64,000 bases of DNA from Cirrosporium novae-zelandiae (GCA_026023565.1 JAPETS010000005.1:1-64000); one strand, 5' to 3'; shown: positions 11,730 through 25,667, counted from the first letter of the stretch. Numbers and translations are program-made. Notes: generated by a model from the sequence alone, not told the origin.

Positions 11730-12629
11730 TACTATAAAGTAATATCTAGAAATGCCCTATATCCTCAAAAACTAGGTCCAAAATCTGATTATCACTCTCT
11801 CTTAGCCCAACTCGCATGCTAAACAAAGAAATCTGCCGGTATTTTGGTCCAATTCACCAACATCGGGTTGTATCCCTAGGCTCTTGGTTGCCTAAACCAG
11901 AAAACAAATTTTCCAAGGTCCAAAATTACAATGTGTTCGATTTGTTTGGAGGGTTTCTAGTCACAAAAAATAGGGATCCGGGCTACTTGTTGCCATCATA
12001 ATTATCTTGTCAGCCAATTTAACCTTGCCCTTCTCTCTCGTCGCCATCGTGAGCTTCATAAATCGACAGGAGCTAGTACGTTATGACAAGAATTATATCA
12101 CCTTGAATTTACCATACCCTATGCAGAAAACAACACTATAATCCATGAGGTATGGAGTATTGGATGCGGTGTCACGATCCAATGCCATCCATCTAGGACA
12201 GAATATGCTGGACGAATGCAAACCCAAAGAAGCAGGACAGATGTATTGGTATAAAGATATGAAATTAATCAGAAATTGCCTAAGCCTTGACAATTAATGA
12301 GGGAGTCCATGCAAATTTTGAGACTAGCTAGCATGCAATGAATATATTCTAAACCTTCATGTATATTTACATTATTGTAGTCTCATTAGTAATCAACAGC
12401 ACGTGTCAAGTAGGCTTATTCGTTGCGATATTATAGCCCTAGCTGGATAGCAAAATGTACTCGAGTATGTTTACTCCGACTGAAACAGCATGCTACAATA
12501 GGGTTCTACCTAGTACTCCAGAAACTATTCAACGTTGGCATTGCTTAAGACTAATATCATAGTTGTACCTAGTTTAGGTTAAAAAAATGTTGTATTTGAT
12601 AGCAGATCACAGTTTGAAGTCAACTAAGC

Positions 12630-13663
12630 TTATGTGTGTAACAGAAATGTGGGCGCATATACCATTTTAAAGCAATCGGATAACACTGAGCCCCAGCCTT
12701 TCCTAATTTCCCTAGAGAAATCAGCATCTGAGGCAAGTTTTTGGAGGAAGGATTCTCGCTCTCTGGCGAATATTTCATCGTCTGGTTGGATCCGTCGCAG
12801 GCTGGCTCTCGAGATGGGACTGGTGATCTTCAGCTAGGTTTGCTGCCGTGATTCTGCACACTCTACAAGAAGTGAATCGGGTTCTGCATTCTTGATCACA
12901 CGTGTGAAAGCGTTGCCATTTGCAAAAGCGTCTAGTATTCCTCCGTTAAGTCCTAGCCCTAATAGGATTGTTAGATTGCAAAGCGTCACTAGCTAGTAGA
13001 ACTCGTCCTCTGCGTCTTCGTGCCGCGCATCGCTGTGAGTGCCAATACGGTTCCGCTTTGGTGATCTCAAAGTCTCGAGAGCCCTTAGTGTACTTCAAGA
13101 CTCTTTCTCGCGCCCTAACCATAATCTCTTCCGGGGAACATAGTAGAGACGCTGGTTTAATGTAGGCTACCCGCCATAGCGAAGCGCCAGGGCAATCCGA
13201 CTCAGTCATGGATTGGCCAGTAGCATCTTCTCCGGAATTGATAACCGCCCCCCAGTCCTCAGAATCAACGATGAAATTCATAGCAGTCCAATGGTTGTGC
13301 TTTGCAAAATCATAGCACATATCAATTCCTATAATTTTTCAGTCTGGCCAGGTGAATTCTTCGAAAGGTATACACATAATGCGCTTGATGCTGCTGTTGG
13401 CGCCATTAGTGCCTAGCACATAGTCCCCTTGAAAAATAACGTCGTTGTTAAGGGTGTTCTATGGTCGCGCCATTACATAAACGGGGTTTGACTCTAATAG
13501 ATCTTTAATTCCCACACAACGGAGCCCAAAACGAACTTTAACGCTGGGACATTTTCCGAGTTTCATGGCTTTCGAGCAGGAGAGTGGAAATACCTTCTTG
13601 GCCAAGACGAAGGGCGGTCAAAAGGCCAACAGGTTCGGCGCCGACAATTATGATAGACTTCGA
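12630..13663 (-). pseudogene. FAD-dependent monooxygenase (FAD_binding_3-type) pseudogene
   Basis: IIIVGAEPVGLLTALRL (GxGxxG broken), apparent internal deletion and frameshift, DYVLGTNGANSSI (DG>NG), RGRVLLASDALQSNNPI / frameshift / GLGLNGGILDA, several in-frame stops. Confidence 0.85.
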
Positions 13664-14321
13664 ATGTAAACACTAGAAAGGAATCAAATTTATACCTTAG
13701 GTGTCACGGTTAGTCAATCAACTCCTCTAGCAGTATCCTCAAAATGGGTTCTGAACTATACGTGCCTAGGATAAGGGAACATATATAGAAGCTAAAAGAG
13801 GAGCTTCAGTTCTTGACGGAGTTGCCGCCATATTAATATTCTTGAAGTGACGGCTAACAGCATATCCACGGTAAGTTTCTTACGTCCAATTGCAAAAGTG
13901 CTAGCTACTTCTTTCAAAAGGTAACCCACTGAGACCGAATCTCTTCAAGGACCGGGAGACCTCCCAACCAATGAAATATCATGGCATTTGTTTATATTTC
14001 CATTTTTTGTAATTTCTATCATCTCGAACTGACCATTTTATTTGTCTCCAACGACCTTACACCGTATAAGGTATAATAGTCTTAAAACTATAATCCCCCC
14101 AGAATCAAGATAAAAATTCTATGAAAAAAAAAACACCCCTCTATTTTATTTCACCTTAGGAGGCGTAGTCCCTCGCTAGTCACTGGGTTTTCCACTTGAT
14201 TCCATGCCAATAGGTGCTTTGGCTAATTGTTTGGATCGGGGGGATGAAAAATGAGAGTATAGATGGGCTCTCTAGTCCTGCCCTCCCAAAAAAAGAAAGA
14301 AAATAAGATAGATATCATTGC

Positions 14322-14344
14322 ATATATATATATATATATATATA
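14322..14344. repeat. (TA)n microsatellite
   Basis: atatatata... run downstream of PRP6. Confidence 0.9.
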
Positions 14345-14441
14345 ACAAGGCTAGTATTCAAACTCCATGCTAGGTCTCAAAAAGAAATTGAAATTTAATA
14401 TCTTACACCACGATATAAGTGCCTGGATTAATAGCTTTGCT

Positions 14442-17354
14442 TTAGTCCACCAACTTCACAACAACCTTGAGGACATCTTCAGTCCCCATCTTCACATTCT
14501 TCGGATCCTTTGCAACGCTCTGCCAGACCTCGCCGTGTTTCGGCTCGCTCACAACACACTTGTTGATCACATCCTCTTTCTTCTCCTCCGTGCCATGCTG
14601 TAGCAAGAACTTGTAATACCAAGCCCACGTGTCACCACGATCAGCATCCGCTAGAATTGCCTTTTCGAACCAGCTGGCGGCCTTTTCCAGTCTGCGCTCA
14701 GCCCAGAAGATGCGTGCAACAGTGACGAAGAGGACTGAGTCGTTTTCTACTTTCCGGATCGCTTCGAGGGAGCGCGGTTTCCGCTGTGTGCGTGGTTCGA
14801 GGTGCATAATCGATTCCGACCAGAGAAGGCCCGAGTTTGAGACCTCTTGGAGGCCTTGGGCCATGAGAACTTTGGCTTGGGAGAGGTTGTTTGCCCTGCG
14901 CTCAATGCGAACGCTTTCCGTCCACAGCTCCGCATTCTTTGGGACTGCGAGCCTAGCTCGGTCGAGTATGGATCGCGCTTTGACTACAATACCAGCTTTC
15001 TCTTCTAATCGAGAAGCAAGAAGCCATAGGGGAACTGATTTGGGACAAGCGCGGGTACCAGTGTTGTAGGCTTCTCGGGCTTTAGGGAATTGGTTCAGAG
15101 ATTCATAGATCTGACCTTTCTGCATCCAAAGCTTAGAAGCTGAAGGATATATCTGAAGACCTTGGTTAACAAGATCTAGAGCTGCGTCAACATCTCCAAG
15201 TCGCCGCTCGAACGCAACACTTTTGATCCAAACGCGATCTGTACCTGCTTGCGATCGAGCGGTTTCAAGGAGTTTTCTAGCTTGATCTGTCTCGCCATTA
15301 TCGGCCTCTAGCTTCACAGCTGCCAGCCAAATATCCTCATTATCTGGGTTTTGATTGAAAGCTTTACCAAGAACACGACGAGCGTTGTCAATCTCTCCAG
15401 CCTGCCATTTTTCCTTTGCCAGTTGCATCCATAGAACTTCACTTTGAGGGCACGCTTCCACAGCCTTTTCAAGTAACTGCTCGAGCGCTTCTTTCGTACC
15501 GTGGTTTCTTTCTAGATCCACGGCGGCTAACCATAAGGACTTACTAGTCGGAAAGATCCGTAACGCATAGGCGTAAATAGCTCTAGCTGTCTCGTATCTA
15601 CCGCGACCAACACTTGCTTTAGCATCATCCATAAAGACCTCCTTACGGTCATCATCTTCGTCGAGTCCATAACCTAGAGTCTCTCGAATAATAGAACCAC
15701 AAGTAAGAACAGCCCCTTCCGCTTCACATTTCTCTGCTTCGGCTATCCATTCTTCACGTTTCAGCATTGCAGACTCTCGGGCTAGCGATTGCACCGCTCG
15801 TTTCATGACATTAATTTTATTGGCTTGACCCATTTGCTCTTGAAGTCGAGCAGCGGCGATCCAGATTTCATGGCTAGTAGGAATGGCTTTACGAGCCCTG
15901 TTTAGAACCTTTTGAGCATTTTCTGGGGTTTCTATATGCGCAAGAGCTAACCACAACTCCACAGATAATGGGATTATTTCTGTCGCCTTTGCAAGCATTA
16001 AACGAGCATCTGCAGGATTCTCTTCCAGATTTACTGCTTCTTTCCAAAGCGCCACGGATTGAGGAATGTGTTCAAGCGCCTGTCGTAAGACTCGTTTCTT
16101 TGCGTTTAGTGTGGTCTCCAACTTCATGGCTTCGGTCCATAGTTTAGTTGATCGAGGATTCTTCTGAATAGCTTGTGCTGCGATGATCTTGGCGTTATGG
16201 TTCTCGTTCAAGTTGATGTTCTCCAACCAAGCATCCTCACTATACGGACAATTTTCACATCCTTGAGCGATTTTTTTCCTTGCAGCTACAATTTTTCCGG
16301 CGACTTGTTCCAATCGAGCAGCAGCAATCCATCCTGGGGCATGTTTGGGATTTGTTTTGGTGGTTGAACTTAGAAGACCACGAACTCTCTCGACATCACC
16401 AACAGGTAATTCTCCAGCTTTTACTTCAGATTTTGTCAGACTCGTTAGGTAGCCCTTAGGATCGATATTTGTAGCACTTCCAATGACAGAATCCGTTCCG
16501 GATCCTTGTGCTTGTTGGTCTAGTCGAGATTGTAGAACTCTATTTCTGGCAGCACCAATGTCCGCAAAATTTGTCATAGTACCATCAGCATTATCAGAGC
16601 TAGGGGCATTTGACTGCATTTCATCATCTTGTATACTTGTTTCAAACTGCGTAGAATCTCTTGCGCCTGCAATAACGCTATCGGGGACCGCATAGAATCG
16701 CTGTCGTAGGGTTTGCCGTGCTCTTCTGTTTTTCCCCGTAAGGTCGCCGACTTCTGGTATATTTGCCCATTCGTCATCGGTAACGGTCGACAATGATCGT
16801 TTCAGGTCTGCAAATTGCTGTTGAATCTTAGGATTATTTCGTTCGTATTCTTCGCGTTCTTTTCGTTCTCGTTCTTCCCTAAAGGTATCGAATGGGTTCA
16901 AGTCGGTAATCTGTCCAGCCAAAATCAAGAAATTTGATAAACAATCTGGCCGTACAGAAATATGTGTACTGGGAAAAGGAAATGGGAGTACCAACCTTCG
17001 TTGTTTCCGTCTTCTGTCCATTTTTTCATCTATCTCCTGGTATATCCTATCTGCCTCGTCATCATCTCTGTCATATTGACCGTTGGCGAATAGACCAACT
17101 TCATCGTCCTGAAATCGATCATCGTCATCGTCCTCTTCATCGGGCTTTTTCGTCACAGCTCCATAAGCGGTTGGAGGTGCAGCACCTAGTTGTTGGGCTC
17201 TTTTCGCAAGTGCTTCTTTGATCTGCTCCTCCGATGGCCCTTCCCGGGCAGGGCCAAGGTCTGACCGAGTTGTAAAACCAGTTGCGCCACGACCTAGACC
17301 CGCAACATAATTTTCTGGAGCTTGTTGATTGAGGAAATCTTTACGACCTGACAT
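14442..17354 (-). CDS. PRP6: Pre-mRNA splicing factor Prp6 (S. pombe Prp1), one intron 16995-16879
   Basis: MSGRKDFL..APENYVAGLGRGATGFTTRSDLGPA, QQQFADLKRSL..W.NIPEVGDLTGK, HAT/TPR repeats, EPKHGEVWQ. Confidence 0.97.
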   Translation of the reverse strand: MSGRKDFLNQQAPENYVAGLGRGATGFTTRSDLGPAREGPSEEQIKEALAKRAQQLGAAPPTAYGAVTKKPDEEDDDDDRFQDDEVGLFANGQYDRDDDEADRIYQEIDEKMDRRRKQRRLVLPFPFPSTHISVRPDCLSNFLILAGQITDLNPFDTFREERERKEREEYERNNPKIQQQFADLKRSLSTVTDDEWANIPEVGDLTGKNRRARQTLRQRFYAVPDSVIAGARDSTQFETSIQDDEMQSNAPSSDNADGTMTNFADIGAARNRVLQSRLDQQAQGSGTDSVIGSATNIDPKGYLTSLTKSEVKAGELPVGDVERVRGLLSSTTKTNPKHAPGWIAAARLEQVAGKIVAARKKIAQGCENCPYSEDAWLENINLNENHNAKIIAAQAIQKNPRSTKLWTEAMKLETTLNAKKRVLRQALEHIPQSVALWKEAVNLEENPADARLMLAKATEIIPLSVELWLALAHIETPENAQKVLNRARKAIPTSHEIWIAAARLQEQMGQANKINVMKRAVQSLARESAMLKREEWIAEAEKCEAEGAVLTCGSIIRETLGYGLDEDDDRKEVFMDDAKASVGRGRYETARAIYAYALRIFPTSKSLWLAAVDLERNHGTKEALEQLLEKAVEACPQSEVLWMQLAKEKWQAGEIDNARRVLGKAFNQNPDNEDIWLAAVKLEADNGETDQARKLLETARSQAGTDRVWIKSVAFERRLGDVDAALDLVNQGLQIYPSASKLWMQKGQIYESLNQFPKAREAYNTGTRACPKSVPLWLLASRLEEKAGIVVKARSILDRARLAVPKNAELWTESVRIERRANNLSQAKVLMAQGLQEVSNSGLLWSESIMHLEPRTQRKPRSLEAIRKVENDSVLFVTVARIFWAERRLEKAASWFEKAILADADRGDTWAWYYKFLLQHGTEEKKEDVINKCVVSEPKHGEVWQSVAKDPKNVKMGTEDVLKVVVKLVD

Positions 17355-17832
17355 GGCGAACGAGGGTTTCAAAACTATATTTTGACGCGATGAGCCTTTG
17401 CAGCGCCTCAGAAGATTGAGGTAAATTAGAGCAGAAGTGAAGTCGTGAAGACCAGCACAATAAGGCGCTGGAATTCTATAAGAGATGTCTGTTTCGGTGA
17501 TGGTTTGGAGAATTCTATAGCGTTAAAGTAATTTGATTATTTTGGCAGTTCAAGAATTAACAACTGGGCTACAATTCGGTGCAGACCAGTGAACGGTACC
17601 TGTTCATGGGCTAATGTATAAGTTATGAAAGGAGGATGAATAAAAGCTTTATCGGAAACTTCCAGCAGTAGATCTATCGTCCGAGTTAACTATCACTAAT
17701 CCGCATTAATACTAGCATACTGTTATCGATAAGCTTAGGTTTTCAATTTCTCAACTTTTCGAGCTTTCTAGTGTAAATTTGTAGAAAGTACAATTCTGAA
17801 GTACCAGCACTTCTTCGTTCACCAATTTCTAA

Positions 17833-19307
<1,475 letters not shown>

Positions 19308-19423
19308 TACATAAAGCTTTAGATGTCTATTGGTGTATTTATTGGCTTGGAGGGATATCAAAAGTGAGGGCGTTTAATGATTATTATGATTGATTAAGCA
19401 TCTCGAAGATGATTTTAATAAGC

Positions 19424-21610
19424 CTATGAGGTCTGGCCAGAGGTCCTCAAATGTGCGCTTGAACCACGGAAGAGGCTTTGCCAAATAAATGCTTCACTTA
19501 GTAACATCTCCACATCCTTTTCAGTCCATTTCTTGGTAGGTAATGCTTGAAGAAACATCATAATCTCCTATGACAATTGATCAGCAAGGGACGGAAAGGG
19601 CAGTGATCACTAGGGCTCTAAAATTGAGCAAGGAATTATACCTGGAACTCCATTTTAACTAATTTATCCGACCATTTGACAAGGAACGCAGCGCAAACGT
19701 AGAGATGAAAGTCTGAAAATCCTTGTTCCTCGGCCTATGCATTGTCAGCAGTTGCGATCACAGGCCAAAACAAGGCTGAACTTTACCATATAAGTATCCC
19801 ACATCCTTATAACATTCGGCATACTCAACTCTCTCATCAACAAGCAATTCATCCACCGAAAGCTGAACTGCATAAATTCTACTCCCTCTTTGTCAAGGTG
19901 TTTGGCCAGGCCCGAATCTATTCGTGTTGTTAAATCACGAAGAGCTCCAACCTGGCGGACAATGCCCGGTTGTGCAAAGATGTAGTTATCTTGAATACCA
20001 TCAAGAAGTTTCGTCAAGCACCAAAATGAATCGGCTTCAACGGCATCAAGTACGGGTTTTGGAAGCTGTCCAGGATCCATCCCCGACTCTATGTCCGGGT
20101 CTGTAATATATGTCCCTAGGAAAACCTCCCAAAATGGCGTCACTAGATCGTTAATCCCTTGGACATATCCACTTGCAGGGTGTCTAATTGCCCATAGATA
20201 GAGAATACGTTCCAGTGAGCGTTGTGTTGCCTCATAGCTATAAAGCTCAATATGTGGGTTCGTTCGGGGAATATCTATGCTGATTTGGTGCCAAATAGCC
20301 TCATCAAGACCTCGGGATCGACCACCTGAAGGCGGTGGAGAAGCAATCCGCGAAAGAGCTCCAGGAATAGAGGCCGAGGAACTCGTAGTTCCTCGATCAA
20401 ATGCCTGCCGAACACCGTCAAGGTATTCCTTTCTTTTTCGTTCTAATGTTGTAACTCGTCGTTCGCTGCTGGTTGGCAAATATCCCAATAATAGCTGCCA
20501 TGACATTGCGCGTAATTCTTCTGGTACGCCATTCCAGGAAGAGTCTCGTAGATCAGATAGTGAGACAGAGCTAGCTTGTAGAATACGTTTAAACTTATTA
20601 ATCCTCGTAATTCTGGCCGAATGAGCTTCGGCTTGCTTTGGGGATGCGTTAGAAGGAAGGGAGGGATAACTGATAAGGTTAAGGGAGTTTGCAGGATCTT
20701 TAAGGGTTAGCACGAGAATAACATTAGGTTTGGTCACTGACCTCTCAATATATCTTTGTATTGTGGTCGTAAGATCTTCCTTTCCGAAGATCTCGCGGAA
20801 GGGTAAATTGGAGGTCCTCGCTCCTCTGCAATATCAGTACTATTCGCTCGTGGGCGAGTAAGTGAAGGGCTCAGGTCTAACACCCCAACTCCGTTATGAT
20901 GCGTTTCGGTGTCCTCTTCAGAGTCCTTACTCTTTAGAGATTTGTCTCGTTTCTCTTTCCGGGAAAAGCTCGATATACTAGGCAACCCAAACTCATCTTC
21001 ATCTTCTTCTTCATATGCAAATGCTTCCTCGTCATCATCATTACCGTAGCTTAGTTGAGCGCTATCACCACTATAGAAATAGTTTGTTGGAGCAGGTCGA
21101 CGAGTTTGGGGAAACGTCAAAGCAGAAGTACTCCTATTCAATGCGATAGTGCTTGTATTCCGGCTATTTGAGAGGGAAGATCCAGGGGGGGTTCGAGGTC
21201 TGGAACTCGATGATAACGACCTTGGGCAAATTAGCAGTTAGGAAGTTGATTATCAATTAGGACAATTCCTACAATGAATCAAATTTTAGAATATCGGCAT
21301 GTGAATAGGCGGCGCCAACTACGACATTGGGATCGAAGGCCTTCTGGGAGTCTCTCCGGTTACCGGTTGGACGAGTCCTCCAAAATGGCGAAGAGGATCT
21401 TCTGTAGAAATTCAGCCCCATCCATGTCAGGTACACGAAAGTGGCGACTGATCATCACGTACTCTGTCCGATCTATATAGCAAAATTAAATGTATCAGCT
21501 CCCCGCCCAAAGGAAGGCTTTGCGATTGCATGATGGTATAAAGTAGACTCAACGAAGCACCGCCTGTAGACTAGATTTCAAGGCATGAGATACGAACCGA
21601 CCTGCACCAT
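19424..21610 (-). CDS. GYP1: TBC-domain Rab GTPase-activating protein (7 exons incl. two microexons)
   Basis: QISIDIPRTNP, SGYVQGINDL, EADSFWCL, QFSFRWMNCLL, FHLYVCAAFL, LLSEAFIW. N-terminus MVQVDRTERSSSPFW assembled from 13-nt and 10-nt exons; the 5' part is less certain. Confidence 0.9.
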
Positions 21611-22203
21611 TTCCTGAAGGGGGTAAATTAGCTTAGAAAGAGCTTTCTAGATATAGGTTTCAAAGAGAGCGCTTGATTTTACCTGCTGGTGACCCTTCTT
21701 TCCTGACATCTTAGTACCATCCTCGCTTTACTTCATTTCTCTGGTTGTCTTGACTCTTCACACAACGCAACTAACTCCAATCGCAAACCGGTGGTGCCAG
21801 TGCTATCGCGGTTCTCACCAAGCGTGCAAGCTAGTAAGAGAGGCGCTCGGTTACTTAAAGCCAAGACCCAAAAAGACCTCTACCGGGACTTAGAGGGTTC
21901 CAACTCCGCTACTCCACCACCTCACTTGACCTGGCCTTCACTACTAAAGTACTGCTTCGAGCTTTCAGTCCTTTACTGACACCACTGGTTTACAACAATT
22001 CTCGTTCACAACTACAGACGCCTTGTACAAACCTACCATTTGAACACAGGACTCTCGCGCGCATATGAAAGATTCTTAACATTTTACCCTCTCATATCTC
22101 ACTAAGCTTCAAGTCCAGTCTTCAAAACCTCTTCAGCTCCATTGCTACCCATACCTCGCCTGCCCAAATTTTTATCTGTTAGAATCCGCTCTATATTGCA
22201 ATC

Positions 22204-25200
22204 ATGACTGAACCAGAGGATTTGGATGAAGATCTCTTCGCTGATCTGTATGTACACTCTTCCATTGGTCGCATGGTTCATTATATACAATCATTACCCT
22301 TCTTGACAAGGTGTTGATATTTATCTAACTTAACTTCAAATAGTTACGAAGCCGACGAAAATGCTGAACATGTAGCATCTAAACCTGCGCCAGCGGCCCT
22401 AGAGCCTATATCTCCCGCCATCGATACCACATCTCCCCCTACTGGACATGAAGAGTTGAATCATCAAGAAATGCAAATAGAAGATTCCTCGACACACGAT
22501 CTACAAAATTCGCATGACCAATCGAACATGGATGGTATCAAGCATGAGAACGAGCAACAACATGATTCTTATGGAAATTCTCACGAAGATCACGAATCTC
22601 ATGGGCCAGGTATTCGAGAAGATGGGTAAGTCAATTATCTCTTTTATTAATTGTTACTCCAAACCCCATTGCGGACGGTAGGTTTTGCGATAAATATAAA
22701 GGGCCTTTGGGATGTTAGAGTATGCACTAGGAATGAGATCTGGATTACCTGGGTAACAAAATCATTGCATACATTTCTGGGTTCAAGTATGCTTAACAAG
22801 ACGATTCCGCAATGAACTATCAATGAATTCGGTTGTCATGTGTCATACAACACTATTCGTTACCCGCCACCCTACTATATCCGGCATGGGGCAAGCTGTG
22901 ACTAGCAAAGATTTTATCCGAGGTCAAAATTTTCTACACGACGCGACCTCTTGATCGACTCGAGTTGGTTGTGTCTAATCGTGGAAAGACGTGATAGTTC
23001 GTTATGCTCTTTAGTCGAGTGGCAGTCAATAGGGAAAGGGTGGTTGAGGATGCAGTATTGCATGGCGCGGCCTTTTATACTAGGCAAAGCATTGGTCTTG
23101 AATAATATGGTTGGAGGCTTGTATTACAAAGGTGTGGTTACAAGAAGGGCAACAGTATGGCCGGGGAGGATGGCAAGGATTCGAGATATCTCGAGACTCA
23201 GGCTCAGGAATGGAGTGTATTTCCAGGATGAAAGCACTGGTTTATCACCTTGAGAGAGCGAACCGCCAGGACAAGCGACTATAGTACTGCTGCTACTACA
23301 TAGCTTATGTCGATATGAGATGGTCATAAGACTGCACAGGAAGTAGAGACTTCTGTGTTGTCTAAAGGCCAACCTCGAGCAGCCTTCTCCTAGCTTTCGA
23401 CTCAATAGCAAAACGCAGACGATCATCCGCAAAGACCAATACTCAGTGCTCCTCATACATTACTACTACATGCTTGCTCTAGCAGTGTTTGTTGGACTGC
23501 AAGTAAGCGGGAAAGACATTTTGACAGCGTATGATTACATTCTTACGCATACACATTCCCGTGACGGGTTCGTGGGTTCTAGGATGCGTCTTGGCTGAAT
23601 GCGTTACGCGCTGGCTTTCGAGAGGAACATCAGTTATACACCAAGAATGATGATAGTCTTCTATAATTCTAAGTTCACATGCTGGAACTGGATTTAATGA
23701 ACATGTTGTCGCATATGTTCATGATCTAGAAATATAGACTACTGGAAGTGCAACAATTGCGATCGTGGCATTTCTCCTCGGATTGCTTCCCAATGCATAG
23801 AATGGACCATGGAAGGCTATGACTTTGAAGAAAAAACTCCGGATCCGCAATTTTGTTCATGTTTTTTTTATGGGGTAATGCTTTCTATGAAGGTCTTTGA
23901 TGATACTAACTGGTGGCGTATTTCATAGTAAAATGTTCATCGGTGGTCTGAATTGGGAAACGACGGATCGTATGTGCAGCCTTCGATAACTATACATAAT
24001 AGGTACTGATAGAAATTTCCCCTTCAGAGTCTTTGCGAGAGTATTTCTCCCAGTTCGGCGAAGTGCAAGAATGTACAGTGATGCGGGATGGGGCAAGCGG
24101 GCGGTCTCGAGGTTTCGGCTTTCTCACTTTCAAGGATCCAAAAACAGTGAATATTGTTATGGTCAAGGAACATTATTTGGATGGCAAAATTGTAAGAACC
24201 GGTCCTTGCGCTTCAAAATATGTCCCTGGCACAGTTTGGCCTTCAAACTTTAATTCTCACAATTGCATTTTTGTTTCTCGTCCTACCTTGAGTTATTCCC
24301 GAACAGTCCCTACCAATCATGCCCAGTATCCCTGTTCTACTTCTATTGTTGATCAATACTCCCCTTCTACATTTTATTATCATCATTATTCTACTGAACG
24401 CTCGCTTATTTCTCAATTTTCAAAGATCGATCCAAAGCGCGCCATTCCCCGTGATGAACAAGAGAAAACAAGCAAGATATTTGTTGGTGGGGTTAGTCAG
24501 GAGGCGACCGAACAGGATTTTAAACAATTCTTTATGAAATTCGGTAGGGTTGTTGATGCAACTTTGATGATGGATAAAGATACTGGTCGACCAAGAGGTT
24601 TCGGCTTTGTCACCTTTGATAGTGAGGCTGCTGTTGAAGCAACTCTCGAAGGGCCCCTTGAGATTCTTGGGAAGCCTATCGAAGTCAAGAAAGCGCAACC
24701 ACGAGGCAACATGAGAGAGGAAGACGACGCAAGAGGAAAAGCTGGACGATTTGGTAAAGGGAAAGACGACCGATTTAGAGATAACGATCGCCAGAACGGA
24801 TCCAGTGACACTAATAACTCTCAAAATCAGACTCAACAAGCTGCGCAAAACATGTTTGGTAACATGACTCCTCAGATGATGGCACAATATTGGCAGCGCA
24901 TGCAACAATACTTTGCCATGATTCAGCAATCAATGATGGCTACCCAAGGAATGGGAAATATGGGCATGGCAGGAATGAATCCCGCAATGATGCAGCAAAT
25001 GCAACAGCTGCAACAAATGCAGCAGATGAAAGCTATGATGGCGGCACAGCAACAGAACCAACAACGCAGTTCTATGAGTCCCGCTCCTAATAGCCCTAAC
25101 CCGCAAGCTGCCGCCATGGCAGGAATGAATCCAGCAATGATGCAACAGATGCAGCAACAAATGATGCAGCAAATGCAGCAGCAGCAGCAGCAGCAGCAGC

Positions 25201-25667
25201 AACCACAGGGGGGAAACTCGGGTTTCGGAACCAGCCCGGGCGGTGGAATGAATAACGGGGCCTACGCCCCAGGTGCCACACGACCTGGTTTCAATGCACA
25301 AGAGCAACTCGCTTTTGAACAACAGAAATACGAACGTCAAGCAGCTGCTCGGGCTCAGCAATATCCTTCTTACCAGCAAGGTGGTCCAACTTCCTGGGAA
25401 GGTATGTACGATGATGTTCCGCAGCCAACTAACGTCCCTGTAGGTCCAGGGCAAGGCCGTGGTAGTTTGGGACGATCGGGGACACCCCAAGGACCAAGCG
25501 GGATGAAACCCAAAGGGGGGACTCCAACACCAGCGCCTGCAAATAGTAACGCACCTGCAAACGCGCCGACGGGACCGAAGAATGCGGGAAAGCCGGGAGC
25601 TAATTATCGGGGAGGGATCGGGGGCAGAGGAAATCATGGGCGGGGTTTCCACCCTTACGCAAGATAA
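22204..25667 (+). CDS. HRP1: Two-RRM hnRNP, Hrp1/Nab4 (Musashi-like) polyadenylation factor (5 exons)
   Basis: MTEPEDLDEDLFADLY..; KMFIGGLNWETT; RSRGFGFLTF; KIFVGGV; RPRGFGFVTF; Q/M/G-rich tail; PY-NLS RGFHPYAR. Introns 22248-22343, 22626-23928, 23970-24027, 24192-24425. Confidence 0.92.
25176..25199 (+). repeat. (CAG)8 coding polyQ tract in HRP1
   Basis: Eight consecutive CAG codons. Confidence 0.9.

Noticed and set aside
17387..17394. PAC-like GCGATGAG upstream of DIM1
   Set aside because: About 500 bp from DIM1 and inside the PRP6 leader; a single 8-mer could be chance.
23647..23730. C/D snoRNA in HRP1 intron 2 (ATGATGA plus an 8-bp hairpin)
   Set aside because: No correctly placed CTGA D box or terminal stem. 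Needs snoscan/Infernal to revisit.
24930..25652. 240-aa antisense ORF and similar overlapping ORFs (e.g. in GH3, NRPS-like, SRP1)
   Set aside because: Shadows of codon bias and low complexity in the real genes.
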